NCBI GenBank assembly: GCA_002269645.1
Contig: NIVC01001023.1
Span: 1 to 64,000 of the forward strand
Source: Macrostomum lignano
Taxonomy: Eukaryota
Length of the DNA: 64,000 nucleotides
Reading direction: 5' to 3'
Positions 21,549-34,256 of the stretch are shown here, piece after piece. The position numbers were made by a program, and so were the translations under genes. The notes below the pieces were generated by a model. It did no database searches. It had not been told where the DNA came from and worked only from the letters and a program-made list of their open reading frames with translations. How positions within the stretch are numbered: the first letter of the stretch is position 1; the number at the start of each line of letters is the position of its first letter.

Positions 21549-22406
21549 TATTGAAATAATAAATGAAATTGTAGCACTTAAAATTCAACACTCACTCACG
21601 AAGCAGTTATGACATAATCAATTTTTTAGACAAATCAGTATCAGTCTTAATCATACATGCGCAACTGCTGGCCGACCTGGCCGATCTGGCCACCGTAAAT
21701 TGTGGTGGACCAGGGGTGAGTCGCAAAAAATGCCGAGCCTAAAGAATACAGACGTAGTACTAATTAGATTCGAGGCATTTAGCCCTTATAAGACAGTCAT
21801 AGTTACTCCTGCCGTTTACCCAAAATTGCATTAGGGTTACTTTCACAGGTAAGTAGCATTTTTGGTCAAAAAGTAAGTCGCATGGCCAGTGTAAATCAGG
21901 GGGGTTGCGCATGTATGGTCTTAATTATAGTTGACAATATGGTTACACAATCTAAATCAAGTCTAGTGCTATATGCTTTTACACTACGTTTTTAACACTG
22001 TGATGCAATTGAATTCCGTGTTAAAATTCAGCCAGTATACTGACAATAAATAAAAAGCCTACATGATGCATTCTATTTTAGAATCAGAATTCAAACAGTT
22101 AGTTTTTTCTCTAGCATTCTTACAATGCATTTCAAGTCCAAAAGTTTACTTGACCTTTGCAAAAAAACATGTTTTTGGAATATTTAATCCCTTTAGCATT
22201 GACCAATTTCTTAGGCAGAACACATGTACCATCACAAGAAATTTTTTGATTGAACAGTGCAAGTCTCATGAAAATCAGTTAAGGCATTTTTTCTCTAATT
22301 GATTATGGACATACAAACATTACACTTTTAGTATATAGGAAAGGAGGAAAGAAGGAAGGAAGGATTTGATTCAATAAAAGAATAGATTTAATAGAATCAG
22401 TATATA

Positions 22407-23376
22407 CTTCGGGTGTGTCATAAGTAATGTCACTGCAGGCCTCTGTCTAAAATATGTAGGCACATGGACTTGTGGGTAGTGTAGCTGCAAAGTATACTTA
22501 GTGAAGCAATAGCAGTGTATTTGAGACGTGCATAGGTTGTTTATGGCCCAAGCTATCGCAAGAATACGCCAAGCAGATTTAGCAAGTGCAACGCGATAAA
22601 AAAATCGTCTATGCAGCGAACAAAAATCATCATGAATCTCGACATTACGCCTGCACCAAGCAGATCCGCAAGGTGTTTAGCAGCCGGGGCTTGAATGACA
22701 TCCTAAACTGCCTGGTTGCTGAGGATGAAAGCTGGCTCCACCTGGATGGCAAGGGCAGCAAGGCAGACAATCGCTGCTGGTTGGGAGCTGGGGACTTCAG
22801 GCCGATGGTGACTAGGAAGTCCATCTCGGACAAGAAGACCATGCTACTGGTAGCCTTCACGCCAAACAAACGAGTCTCCATCTGCACAACTCCACCGAAC
22901 ACCAAGGTCGATGGCCAGTACTTTATCGACTTTTTCCGGCACACTGGGGACCTTTGGTGCACTCTCCGGTCAAATCCATGTCACCTGGACGAGGTTCTGT
23001 GGCAGATGGACACCGCACGGCTGCACACCTGAAGGCTGTTTCGAATTTTCTGCCTGCACGGCAAGTGAATATGCTCTGACAGTCCCTACAGCCCAGACTT
23101 CAACTTTTGCAAGAGATTCCTGTTCAAATGGCTGAAGGCTGACTTTTCCAAGAAGAGTTTCGCAAACCATGAAGAGGTAAAACAGGCTGCGTTGCACTGG
23201 TTATGGCAGTTGGAGGAAAAACACCTGCAGGCTGAGGTGGACAAGCTGTATGAGCACTGCCAGAGGGTGATTGATATTGGGGGACTCTATGTTGTTGAGT
23301 GGTACAGTTTTGTTCATCTGCGATTGCAAGTTCGTCTGTTTTCACATCAGTGACATTACTTATGACACACCCGAAG
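22407..23376 (+). mobile_element. Mariner (DD34D) element, 970 bp, internally deleted
   Basis: Perfect 29-bp TIR CTTCGGGTGTGTCATAAGTAATGTCACTG with TA on both sides; DESW, QMDTAR and YSPDF motifs with stops. Confidence 0.92.
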
Positions 23377-23379
23377 TAA

Positions 23380-24070
23380 TAAATGGAACTTATTTGCCTG
23401 CATGATCATGGACAATCCTATCTGGAAACATTTTAACTGAGTTTCTATTTAAAAAGCCGCAATCTGCCTCTTATGCAAGGCAGAATTAAAAACAACAAGC
23501 TTTTTAACTATAGGACTTTGGAGACATCTCCTAAACAAAGATATTAGTCTATATGAGATGTTGAAAAATGAAGTAATAAATGGAACTTATTTGCCTGCAT
23601 GATCATGGACAATCCTATCTGGAAACATTTTAACTGAGTTTCTATTTAAAAAGGCGCAATCTGCCTCTTATGCAGGGCAGAATTAAAAACAACAATCTTT
23701 TTAACTATAGGACTTTGGAGACATGAAGATGAAGATGAAGATGTTGAAAAATGAAGAAAAGGCTAAGGCAGCAGCATATGGTCTATAAATACCTTTATCT
23801 TTATCAACTTCAGACAATTAGAGTGCTGGTACTGCAAGCAATGGCTATAATACCAGTTGCAATAAGGACAATGATTTATCATATATGCAATCTTGTCTTC
23901 CTCCATCAAAGCAAGCTAAAATTGATTCAATGTTTCAAGTCAACAAGCCATGGGATAAAAATAACCTATCAAGTTGTGCTATTGATAGGCTAATTGTCCA
24001 AACGATTGCAGTGGACAGCCAGCCTATTTTTATTATAGAGGATCTAGGCTTCCAATGGCTGCCAATGTAT
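23380..24070 (+). pseudogene. hAT transposase relic; the BED-finger segment is tandemly duplicated (~150 bp)
   Basis: IWKHF..AICLLCKAEL..GLWRH occurs twice; IAVDSQPIFIIEDLGF. Confidence 0.65.
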
Positions 24071-24281
24071 AATAGTTGCATAATGGTAATAATGCAATGA
24101 TGAAAAATGACATATATGCAATGTTGCATGGCACAACACTTCACCATTTTTCACAATATAACTTTTTAATATTTATGCAATGTTGCCACAACAAAATGTG
24201 TTACTAGAGTTAGCTGTTGCATTTAATTGCTAGATGCACCAAAAATTAAATATCTTTATGATTTAACCTAACCTAACTTTC

Positions 24282-25838
24282 TGTACTAGTGCTATGCCTT
24301 TATAATAGTAAGTTTTAGTATTAGGATACTCGAATGTTCTTTAAATGTAATAACTGTATATTCGAATCTTTCTTAGAAACTGAATCTACGCGAAACGCTA
24401 AATAATAGTTTGTTTTAATGCGCGAAATAAATTGGGGAAAAAAATTTTTGTTATAAATGTATCGGGAATTCAGGGTATATATAGGAGCGGTTTTGCGACA
24501 AATATACTCCAACTGTCTTTTACCTATGAGCAATATTGCGAACAAAATAAGCAGTTCAATCTAAACCTTTCAAAGTTTTTCAAGTTGAATAGCGACTTGT
24601 TTATTTGCAAAGTCTGAGAAACGATTCCAAGAGAATTGCTAAGAAAGGGAATCGGGGAATAACTCACAGAAGTATTACGAGAGGCGCCGTGACCCTCTAG
24701 TCTCGGTAACGCCCGATTAGGACTATTCACTAATACATATACCAGTACTAGACCGCTCAGGCCATAAGCTACCAGAACGCTACCAGAAAGCAAGCCATAA
24801 GCTACCAGAACGCTACCAGAAAGCAAGCCATAAGCTACCAGAACGCTACCAGAGACGCTACTAAGAACGCTACCCAGAATTATTTAAATGAAATTCTAAG
24901 AAATAGTTAGGGAGTAAAAACAAGTAAAATCAGGATAACTGTAGGAATAACCCCTGTAACAACTTGGTGATAGTTAGTGAAGTTAGTTGGAGGATAGAAG
25001 AAAAATCCCTGTTACAACTTTGGTGGCATAACGGTGGAATTTTATAGAGAGCCAAAAGGCCTGTTACATTTCTAACATACCAATCTGCAATTTATGCTAA
25101 GGTAGAGACTCCAATAAGGTTATTGTAAGCTAAAAATTACATGAAAAATCATAAAATAGTGTTTTTTTAATGAAATTGCCAAGCATTGAAAATGTTTTTA
25201 GTAAAAACAAAATGTACTAGTGTTATGCCTTTATAATAGTATGCTCGAATATTCTTTCTATGTAATAGCTATATAATCGAATAATATTGTAGCCTTTTTT
25301 AGAAATTGAATCTACGCGAAACGCTTAAATAATAGTTTGTTTAAATGCACCAAATGTTTGTTATATATTAAAATCATTTGTTTTAATGCACAAAATAAAT
25401 TGGGGAAATATTTTTTGTTATAAATATATCGGGAAATCAGGGGTATATATAGGAGCGATTTTGTAGCAAATAAACTCAACTGTCTGATACCTATGAGCAA
25501 ATATTGTGAGCAAAATAGCAGTTCAATCTATATATTTGAAAGTCTTTCGAGTTGAATAGCGACTTATTTGTTTACAAAAGCTGAGAGCAGTACTAGGAAA
25601 CTTGCTAAGAGAAGGGAATTGGGGAATAATTCGCAGAAGCATACTAAGAGAGGCGCCGTGACCCTCTAGTCTCGGAGAACGCCCGATTAGGACTATCTAC
25701 TAAGTCATGTACCAGTAATAGACCACTCAGGCCATAAGCTACCAGAACATTACTAGAAACGCTACCAGAACGCTACCAGAAATGCTACTAAGAATGCTAC
25801 CTAGAAATATTCAAATGAAATTTTAAGAAACAGTTAGC
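24282..25838. repeat. Pair of diverged ~625-bp direct repeats (24282-24910 and 25213-25838)
   Basis: Shared GAGGCGCCGTGACCCTCTAGTCTCGG and CTACCAGAACG sub-repeats in the same order. Confidence 0.85.
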
Positions 25839-26339
25839 AACATTAGGGCAAGATTTAGTGTCAGCAGTAGAAATTTAATAGAGAAAATTAAAAACCTGTC
25901 ACAGTTGGTGGCAATTGGTGGGATATTTGGAGGTCAGAGGTAAGCCGTATGCAAAAATATATACATTAAAGAAGAGTTTATAATTGTTTTAATCAAATAA
26001 AGAAACAAAATATATATACATTACATGCCAAGTAGTGTCTCACTGAACTTTGTCTTGTTTGTATACACTTGTTTTGTTGCCACAAAAAGTGACTTTTTAA
26101 AGTTAAAATTTCCACTTTCAGGACATTTGCATACACTTACTTGTATTTTTAATATCTTGCATTGCTCATCTGTACCGCCCCCTATTTCCAATTTCAGGAT
26201 CTTTGCTTACATTTGCTTGTATTTTTAATCTCTTCATTGCTTATCTGTACCGCCCCCTATTTCCAATTTCAGGACCTTTGCTTACATTTGCTTGTATTTT
26301 TTGTATTTCTAATCTCTTAAATTGCTTACAAAAATGAAG

Positions 26340-28470
26340 AATAGGCCTAAAAGAAGACTAAAAAAAACAAAAAACAAAAATTCCAGGCCGCAATTGATGA
26401 CGTTGTTCAGCGCATCCGAAGTGGGCAGGCTGTAACTACTGGAGCATAGCAGCTTCCCATAGAGTCGCGGTGACAACACTACAACAAGGTCCGCTCTCTG
26501 CGGGATGGCAAGGAACTAGTAGCCAAGAACACCAATAGACGCTACTTCACCGAGGCGGAGGAAGCAACTTTTGCAGGTGCCATTATTCAAGCCGCTAAAC
26601 AGCAAATTCCGTGACCAGAAAGCAGCTGCTCGAGATGGCCTCAAAAACGCTCCAGAAGTGCGCCGGGGAAGATCAAACAGGTTTTTGTGCCATCAAGGAA
26701 GTAGGAAAAATCCATTTCTCACGCTCATTCTACCAATTCTTCCATCCGTATTTCCTGGCTACTTCCGCTCTCCTTCCGCACTTCCCCTTTCCTTCTGCTC
26801 TCCTTCCACTCTCCTTCTGAACTTCCCCACTACTTCCCTCTTTTTCCGCACTTCCCGGCTGTTTCCGCTCTCCTTCCGCACTTCCCCGCTGCTTCCACTC
26901 TCCTTCCGCACTTCCCGCTGCTTCCACTCTCCTTCCGCATTTCCCCGCTGCTTCCGCTCTCCTTCCGCACTTCCCCGCTGCTTCCGCTCTCCTTCCGCAC
27001 TTCCCCGCTGCTTCCGCTCTTCTTCCGCACTTCCCCGCTCCTTCCGCTCTCCTTCCGCACTTCCCCACTACTTCCCTCTCCTTCCGCACTTCCCCACTCT
27101 TTCTGCTCTCCTTCTGCTCTCCTTCCGCACTTCCCCACTACTTCCCTCTCCTTTCGCACTTCCCCGCTGCTTCCACTCTCCTTCTACACCTCCCCGCTCC
27201 TTCCGCTCTCCTTCCGCACTTTCCCGCTCATTCCGCTCTCCTTCCGCACTTTCCCGCTCATTCCGCTCTCCTTCCGCTCTCTTTCCGCATTTCACCACTA
27301 CTTCCGCTCTTCTTCCGCACTTCCCCGCTGCTTCCGCTCTCCTTCTGCTCTCCTTCCGCACTTCCCCGCTCTTTCCGCTCTCCATGCTCTCTCTTTCCGC
27401 ACTTACCCACTACTTCTGCTCTCCTTCCGCTTTTTCTTCTTGTTTGCCAAATCCGTGCTTTCATGCATTCGTATTTTGTTCAACTCTTTCTGCCAGGCAT
27501 GCAACTTTGCTTTGACCAAGGGTTGGCTGGATGCCTTCCTTAGCCGGCACCCGGAGATTGTTCTGAGGACGCCCTGGGCAGTGAATCCGGCCCGGAACCT
27601 GGTGACCAAGAAGCGAATCAGTGACTGGTTTGTGGAGCTCGCAGACTTTAAGCGAGAAGCGGCCGAGCTGCTAGACGGCGCGCTGCAGGACCCAAACCAA
27701 ATTTTCAACTGCGATGAGATCAGCATTTTTTAAGGACTCAAGTCGCACTCAGTTCTAGCTCCGAAGGGAATGCTTAATGTCATTCAGAAGATTTGCGGTA
27801 GCGACTGGAAGCACACAACTGTCCTGGCTGCTGTACAATGCGCAGGCCAGCTGCTGCCACTGCATTTTGTTTTTCCTGGCAAAAAGCCTTTCCGTAACAA
27901 TAAATTTCCCACTGACTGCCACTATTCAGTGTTTCCATCTGGCTGGATGATGGTAGTCATTTTTCAAGAATTCATTTGAAAAACCTTCATTCCCTTTTTG
28001 CTACAGGAAAAAATCTGTCGGCCGGTTGTTCTTTTCACGGACCTGCATGAGTCACGGCTGTCCATTGAAGTCCTCAAGCTGCTGAGGGAGGAGCGGATCG
28101 TGCTGTACAGCCTGGTGCCCAACGCCACCCACGTCATGCAGCCGCTAGACTTGGCTGTGTTTCGACCAGTGAAGGGCAGTTGGCATGAGCTCCTGGCCGA
28201 GCAATCACGTCAGGCGGCTGTCGGCAAAACAATCAGCAGACTGCAGTTTGTGCGTCTCTTCCGTGATGTTGCACAGCAGAGATCAACGGCAGAGAACATC
28301 CAGTCAGGATTCAAGAAAGCCGGCATCTATCCCCAAAACCCAGACGCGCTAGCCTTCGACAAGCTGACGTACTTCCCCGAAGCTCCTGCGCTAGCTCCAG
28401 CCGGAACAGCAGCCGAAAGTTCTGGCAGTGCTGAAACCGATAGCCACCGACAGCGGCAGGAGTGATCTAA
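26340..28470 (+). pseudogene. pogo/Tigger (CENP-B HTH + DDE_1) transposase, degenerate, with probable intron 26701-27496
   Basis: GWLDAFLSRHP, IFNCDE, TTVLAAV, SGWM, LFTDLHES, THVMQPLDLAVFRPVK; several stops. Confidence 0.8.
26755..27430. repeat. CT-rich ~30-bp minisatellite
   Basis: Units like CTTCCGCTCTCCTTCCGCACTTCCCCGCTG. Confidence 0.9.
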
Positions 28471-29149
28471 TTGGGCCTGTCAAACAATGAGCTGCTCCGT
28501 CGAGTATTGCTTTGAGCGGATCCTGGGCTTTGAGAAGCTGCAGCAGCTCAAGACAGGTCCTGTGGCAGCTTTTGACCGTCCGTGGAAGGATCTGCTTGAC
28601 TTGCTGTCAGGTAATGTCGACTGCTCTGTCACTAGTGAGGAACATGTGTCTCCCCCTCCTCTGTCGCACCACAGGTTAGTCTGACTCGTCCGACTTCCAG
28701 CAGTCCAAGAGCTCCGGGCATGATGGATGACTCATGTGACACTCAGCCTATGACCAACGGAGAGAGGATGGAGACAGATTCAGTCCAGTCAAAAGGTAGG
28801 CCTAAGCTGAGATAGCTAGTTATGAGTAATTGAGCAAATATATGCATTCCGATCAATGTCTTATTACCTTCTTTGCATTCCTCTCCATGCATATCATCCA
28901 ACTCACATGTCCACTGCAATACCCTATCATCCTCTGGTCTCCCATCTCACTCTCTGCATCCTCTGGTCACTTATCTCATCCTCTGCATGCTCTGATCTTT
29001 CATCTCACCCTCTGCATCCTCTGGTCTCTCATCTTATCCTCTGCAAGCTCTGATCTTATCCTCTGGTCTCTCATCTCATTCTTTGCTCTTCATCTTTTTG
29101 CTTGCCTTCCTTTGAAGTCTGCTATTTTGTCATAAGTTTCATAGCTTAT

Positions 29150-29904
29150 ATACTTAGATGCAACAATACCTACGCTTTTTAATAGTTCAACAGAACACTT
29201 CTCACCAGTCTCATCCGTGTTGGACGCCTGCAGTGCCACGGTCAGAGACATGCTGGCAGCCGGACACTGACGCAAGGCTCCAAAACTGATTTGACGACGG
29301 AAGCCAGTCTTCCAGGAGATCCCTTACTCAAACCTAACTAGCCAATCAACCCTATTTTATTTTCGAAACAGAGACCAACGACGAAGGAACCAGTTGCAGG
29401 CATCCCAAGCACAGAAGGTCATTCGCCAGGACAAGCTGCGGATGCATCGCAAAAAGCTGGCAGACAACCAGGTGGACACAATTTGACAGCTGGCATCCAG
29501 GAAATCTCAACCTGTCAGGATGTCGGAGTCTGATACCATCAGCGTCCTCAAGTCATTTGCTACAAGCCTAGACTGCCATTTGAGAGACGTTGCTCACCTG
29601 GGCAACTGCTTCTTTGAGAGCGTTAAGAAGCTGTTGATGGCTGAGGGTGGCAAGGCAGATAGATGCCCTTCAACTGCGGCGACAGGCTTGCGACTATCTA
29701 TTGGAGAACCCAACAATCACAGAAGAGCCCGTGTCAAATTTTCTCCAGCAGCCTTTTGACGTATATATTACCAATATTCGATCGCCAAGTACATATGCTG
29801 ATCATGTAATCATTCACTCTCTCATCCATGCATTAAACAGGGAGTGTAGAGTTTTATATCTCCCAGAAAAGTTATTTAAAATTGTTAACGTACTACTTAA
29901 ATAG
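29150..29904 (+). pseudogene. THAP-like tail plus OTU-like cysteine protease domain, frameshifted
   Basis: DATIPTLF (THAP AVPTIF-like); DVAHLGNCFFESV, LRRQACDYL, YADHVII..LNR. Confidence 0.5.
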
Positions 29905-29919
29905 TAGTAATTTGAGGAG

Positions 29920-30600
29920 CATGTATAAGGATATGCGCTGAACCATACATATATTCGAATTAACCAATAGAAAGAGAGAAATCTCGAGCATGCTAATTTT
30001 AGAAATCACCCAATCACGTGCGACCAACAACTGTCAATTCAAACCCCACCTTCAAGTCATCATTTGGTTTGCACTCGGGTTGCACCCGGATGAACCAATC
30101 AAAGTCTACCAGCTACGGTAACCAATCATGCGCTTTTACAGTAGACTAGTTGCGCAACTTTCTACCCTGTCATGCTTGACAGCCACCGAATCGTGACCCT
30201 TTGACATTTGCGAAGACAGTGATGTACGACCTCGAGAGAGGTCTGAACGCCTATAAATACAAGTGGTCCGGAACGGACCCGGAGCCACAATTCCTCCGGA
30301 AGGAGAAGAGCTCCGAAGAGGAAGCCACTACAGGACTTCCTACAGAAGACTCGTCGAGTTCTTGCAGTAAGCCTTCCTCATTTGCGCCTGTGTTTTGAGA
30401 CGTCTTGTTGGAGTTTAGTTTGAGTCTGTTGAGACTCCTGAGTCTGTCTAGACTCTACTGGTTACAGTCTCCAGAAGGACTGCCCCTGATAGATCTTAGA
30501 AGACTATCAGTGGTTTCCGGAGCTATACCTAGAGTGCATAGAGGCACTGCTAGAAGGAGTAGGCTTATGTTAAACCGCAGTTTGGCGCAGGGTACCCGTT
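29920..30600 (+). mobile_element. Probable LTR with PBS-like site; no coding region retained
   Basis: Several CCAAT boxes, CTATAAAT at 30251, TGGCGCAG at about 30582; termini not sharply defined. Confidence 0.35.
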
Positions 30601-33504
30601 GTTAACTTGGAAGCTTCCGATTGGTCCGAACTACAGATAACCGGCTGGCAAGAAGTCAAGGAGACAATTGCAAGAGCGGACCAGATCAACTGTTGACCGG
30701 CGCCCGGAATTCCTGAAGGACAGGAACGCTACTGATAACGAGATCAACGAATAAGGAGTATTGACGAGAGCTCTCAGTTAAGGACTCAAGGTAATTGAAT
30801 ACCTTCTGTTGACGTACTGGGTTGCCTAGCTACTGAGCTAGAAGTGAGTGTTCTTTGATTACCAAAAGTCGGGTAATAAGGAACACATCAGGAGATCAAC
30901 ATCTACTAGCCTGATGCAGTTGTGCCAATCGTTATGAAACCGCAGTCAGCAGCTGAAGCTCCACTGAGGGTGGCCCACATCCCTGAAGCCTATTACATGC
31001 CGCTGCTGCCAATCGATACGCATGTGCCAGTTCCTTAGTCATTGCCTTGTTTGGCTGAGAAATGCTAGGCGCTCGTGGCTGTGCAAGCGATGCGAGGAAG
31101 GGCTAGCAAGGCCTCCAGTTGACAGTTCTACCCGTGCCGTATACTACAGCTGGGGAACGGTCATGTGCGAGTGTCCGCCTGCCGCAAGACCCTGTTCAAC
31201 TGGCTGGCAGGGGGCATGAAGCCGTTTATGTTCCCAGAACCAGACGACATATTTGATGTATCAGGCTAAGCTATCGGCGCTGCTGGCCCCCCACAGACCT
31301 CAATGTGCAAGAGGATACGGCTTCCAGTGGGAGAAGGCTGAACTGATCAGAGCACGCAATTGCATTTAGCTTTAAGTCAGCTTTTAGACCTATTTAAAAT
31401 TCTGTGAGTTTTCATTGTTTTTTTCTTTTCATTTTTTATCCATCCAAGCCCTATCATGATGCAAACTGCAGCACAAGCGAGTCAGTGACAGGCAGAACTG
31501 CATTTGAATTTAATTGATTGATGGTCAAATTACGCATAATATGCAGTTTTGTCTGTTGCTAGCAGTGTGCACTGCTAAAACAACTGTCCCAGTTTTTGGC
31601 AACCAAGACTCAATTAGCATATTTCACATGTATATTACATGTGTGAAAATGCTGAGTTAGGACTGACTCTTTGTTCTACGAGTTAGAATAGGCCTAGCCT
31701 CAGCTGCTAGGATAAGCTGAGGTGGGTAAGTCTGTTAGATGAAGAGACTTAACGGTCCAAGACCTTCCTTGAGTGTTTGAGTGAAAATGCTAAGTTAGGA
31801 CTAACTCCTTGTTCTACGAGTTAGAATAGGCCTAGCCTCTGCTACTGGGATAAGCTCACTCTGCTATTTATTATCAGACGGCTATACTACCTACATGTAT
31901 AATTTTACTTTTAAATAAGTAGATTTTTAAAATTTATTTTAACATTTTCCTTTTTGGTCTTTGCAAAAACATTTACATGTATGAGCGTATGCAAAGTTGA
32001 GGTGAGCAGATGAGCCCAATAAGCCAACGACGCTTTGGCGGCCTCACATTTAGGCCTATTGGTTGCGTCAAGGGTTGCGGGCACCAAGGAGGCACTAAGA
32101 ACGAGGTGATGGTTTTCAGCAAAATTTTAAGAATCCACTGCAATTTTTCCCCATGTTGCATGCAGCTACTTAAAGTAAAAATGTACGAATATGATAAGAA
32201 AAAAAATTAGGAGAATTTTTGTGTAGAAAAATGGTTCTTTTTATTTTTTCTTGACTTTTTCCTTCTTTTCCTCTTTTATCATTTAAAAATACTTATAATA
32301 TGGTCAGAAGAGGACGAAAGTAAACTATGGGTACCTTTATTTTTATAAAAGCAGGGTATTATAGCAAAATAAATGCTTGTGTTGAAGGCTTTAACATTAA
32401 TAGGTCCTCCGGAGGCACTTTGAAATGAACAAAATATCTTGTCTGCTTAAAGAAACATGTGATAGTTTAAACTTTGTTAATGCTTATCAAATAAAATAGT
32501 TTAAAATCAGAAAAAAATTTGGCTTTTTCATCAATTTTAGTATCAAAAAGTTCAAAGAAATGGTAAAAATAAAACAGTCACGATTTTTCTGTTCAATGGG
32601 GGTACTACATTTAAATGCAGATAAACAATATTTTTCTGTAATTCTTAGTGCAAAAGTTATACTTTTTAGAAAGAGTATGAATTAATCTTTACAATGAGAT
32701 GCATTGCAAAAAAAACAAACAAGAATTTAAAAAGTTATTAGTGTTCAAACTCAAAAACTGAACACCAGATACCTTGTTTGGTCTGAAGATCCCCTAGAAT
32801 CATTGTTCGGTTTTCAGATAAAATCATCAGACATCAATAACCTTTTTTCTACTTTTGCAATAAGGTAAAGCGACCATTTATTCAAAAGAAAAAAATGTTA
32901 TCAACAACTTCTGGGTAGTTTCTGGGTACTTCTAGGAACTTCTAGGTACCTATGCTATGCAAGAAAGAAGGTCGAAAAATGATACTTTTATATTTGGTTG
33001 ATGATGCTTTACCCTAAATTTTAAAGGTTATATAGGCCTAGATTTATTTAGCATTTATTTTTAAAAACTAACTTAAGTTAGACCTAGATAAAAGTTTTTA
33101 TTTACTACTTTTGATAAGTAGTTAAATTGAATAAATTCATTACAAACCAAATATATTTTTGTTATAATATAATTATAACTATTTAAAATAGGAAAGATTC
33201 AATTTACTTACCCACAAGATTTCATAGGCCTATCCATATGAATTAAATAGAAACATTGAAAATAATATGCTTGTATGAAGCATCATAAGTAAAACTAGAA
33301 AACAAACCAGGTCAGAATGCAGATTGGCAAAATTTTTTTACTTAATCTGTGTAATTAACTTAGTTCTTACTTAGCACTACTTAGTTGTAGTGCTTGGTAT
33401 AGCTTGCCCCGCCTCTCAAAAATTTTCTGATCCGCGCCTGGTCAAGTCAAGACAACTGGGACAAGATTTGCAGTATGCATTAATGCTTAATGCTTAATGC
33501 ATTA

Positions 33505-34256
33505 GGCAGTGCTTATCCCCACGGTACCGTAGGAATAATTTCTGTCTTATTCCAACGGTACCGTGCGAATAATTTTCTGCTTATCCGCACGGCACACTAA
33601 GGAGATAGCTGCCCTATCTTCTACATATGCCGTGGGAATAATTTTCTGCTTATCTGCACGGCACACTGACGAGATAGCTGCCTACACGTCCTCTGTTTTA
33701 TTCCCTCTGCTTAACTAGCTGCCCTATCTGCTACATATATATGCTGTGCGTGAATAGTTTATAGCTTATTGAAAGGGAATTTGAACTGAGGATACAATAA
33801 ATTTAAATAATAAACAATTCTTAGAGTTAATTTAATTTAAATCATTTGTTACTACACAAAAAAATTCTTTCTCATAGAAAAGTCGTTAAATCTTTATTTC
33901 TTTAGAACAAATGTTCAAGCCAAGTTATGTTGTTATACTGCACTCAAATCGTATGTACTGAACTTCCCCCACGTCGGCTTATAGAGCCAAATACATAGCT
34001 CTATAATATATTGGCCAAACAGGCTAATTGCCTGAGCCAAATTCTCTTGCTACTACTACTACTTTGTAGAAGATAGGGCAACTATCTCGTCAGTGTGCCG
34101 TGCGGATAAGCAGAAAATTATTCCCACGGCACATATATAAAAGATAGGGCAGCCATCTCCTCAGTGTGCCGTGCGGATAAGCAGAAAATTATTCGCACGG
34201 TACCGTTGGAATAAGACAGAAATTATTCCTACGGTACCGTGGGGATAAGCACTGCC
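33505..34256. mobile_element. Mutator-type MITE, 752 bp, long TIRs with internal sub-repeats
   Basis: GGCAGTGCTTATCCCCACGG...CCGTGGGGATAAGCACTGCC, inverted match over about 200 bp; 9-bp TSD AATGCATTA on both sides. Confidence 0.92.

Noticed and set aside
26571-27515. Long ORFs across the CT-rich minisatellite
   Set aside because: Low-complexity translation artefacts.
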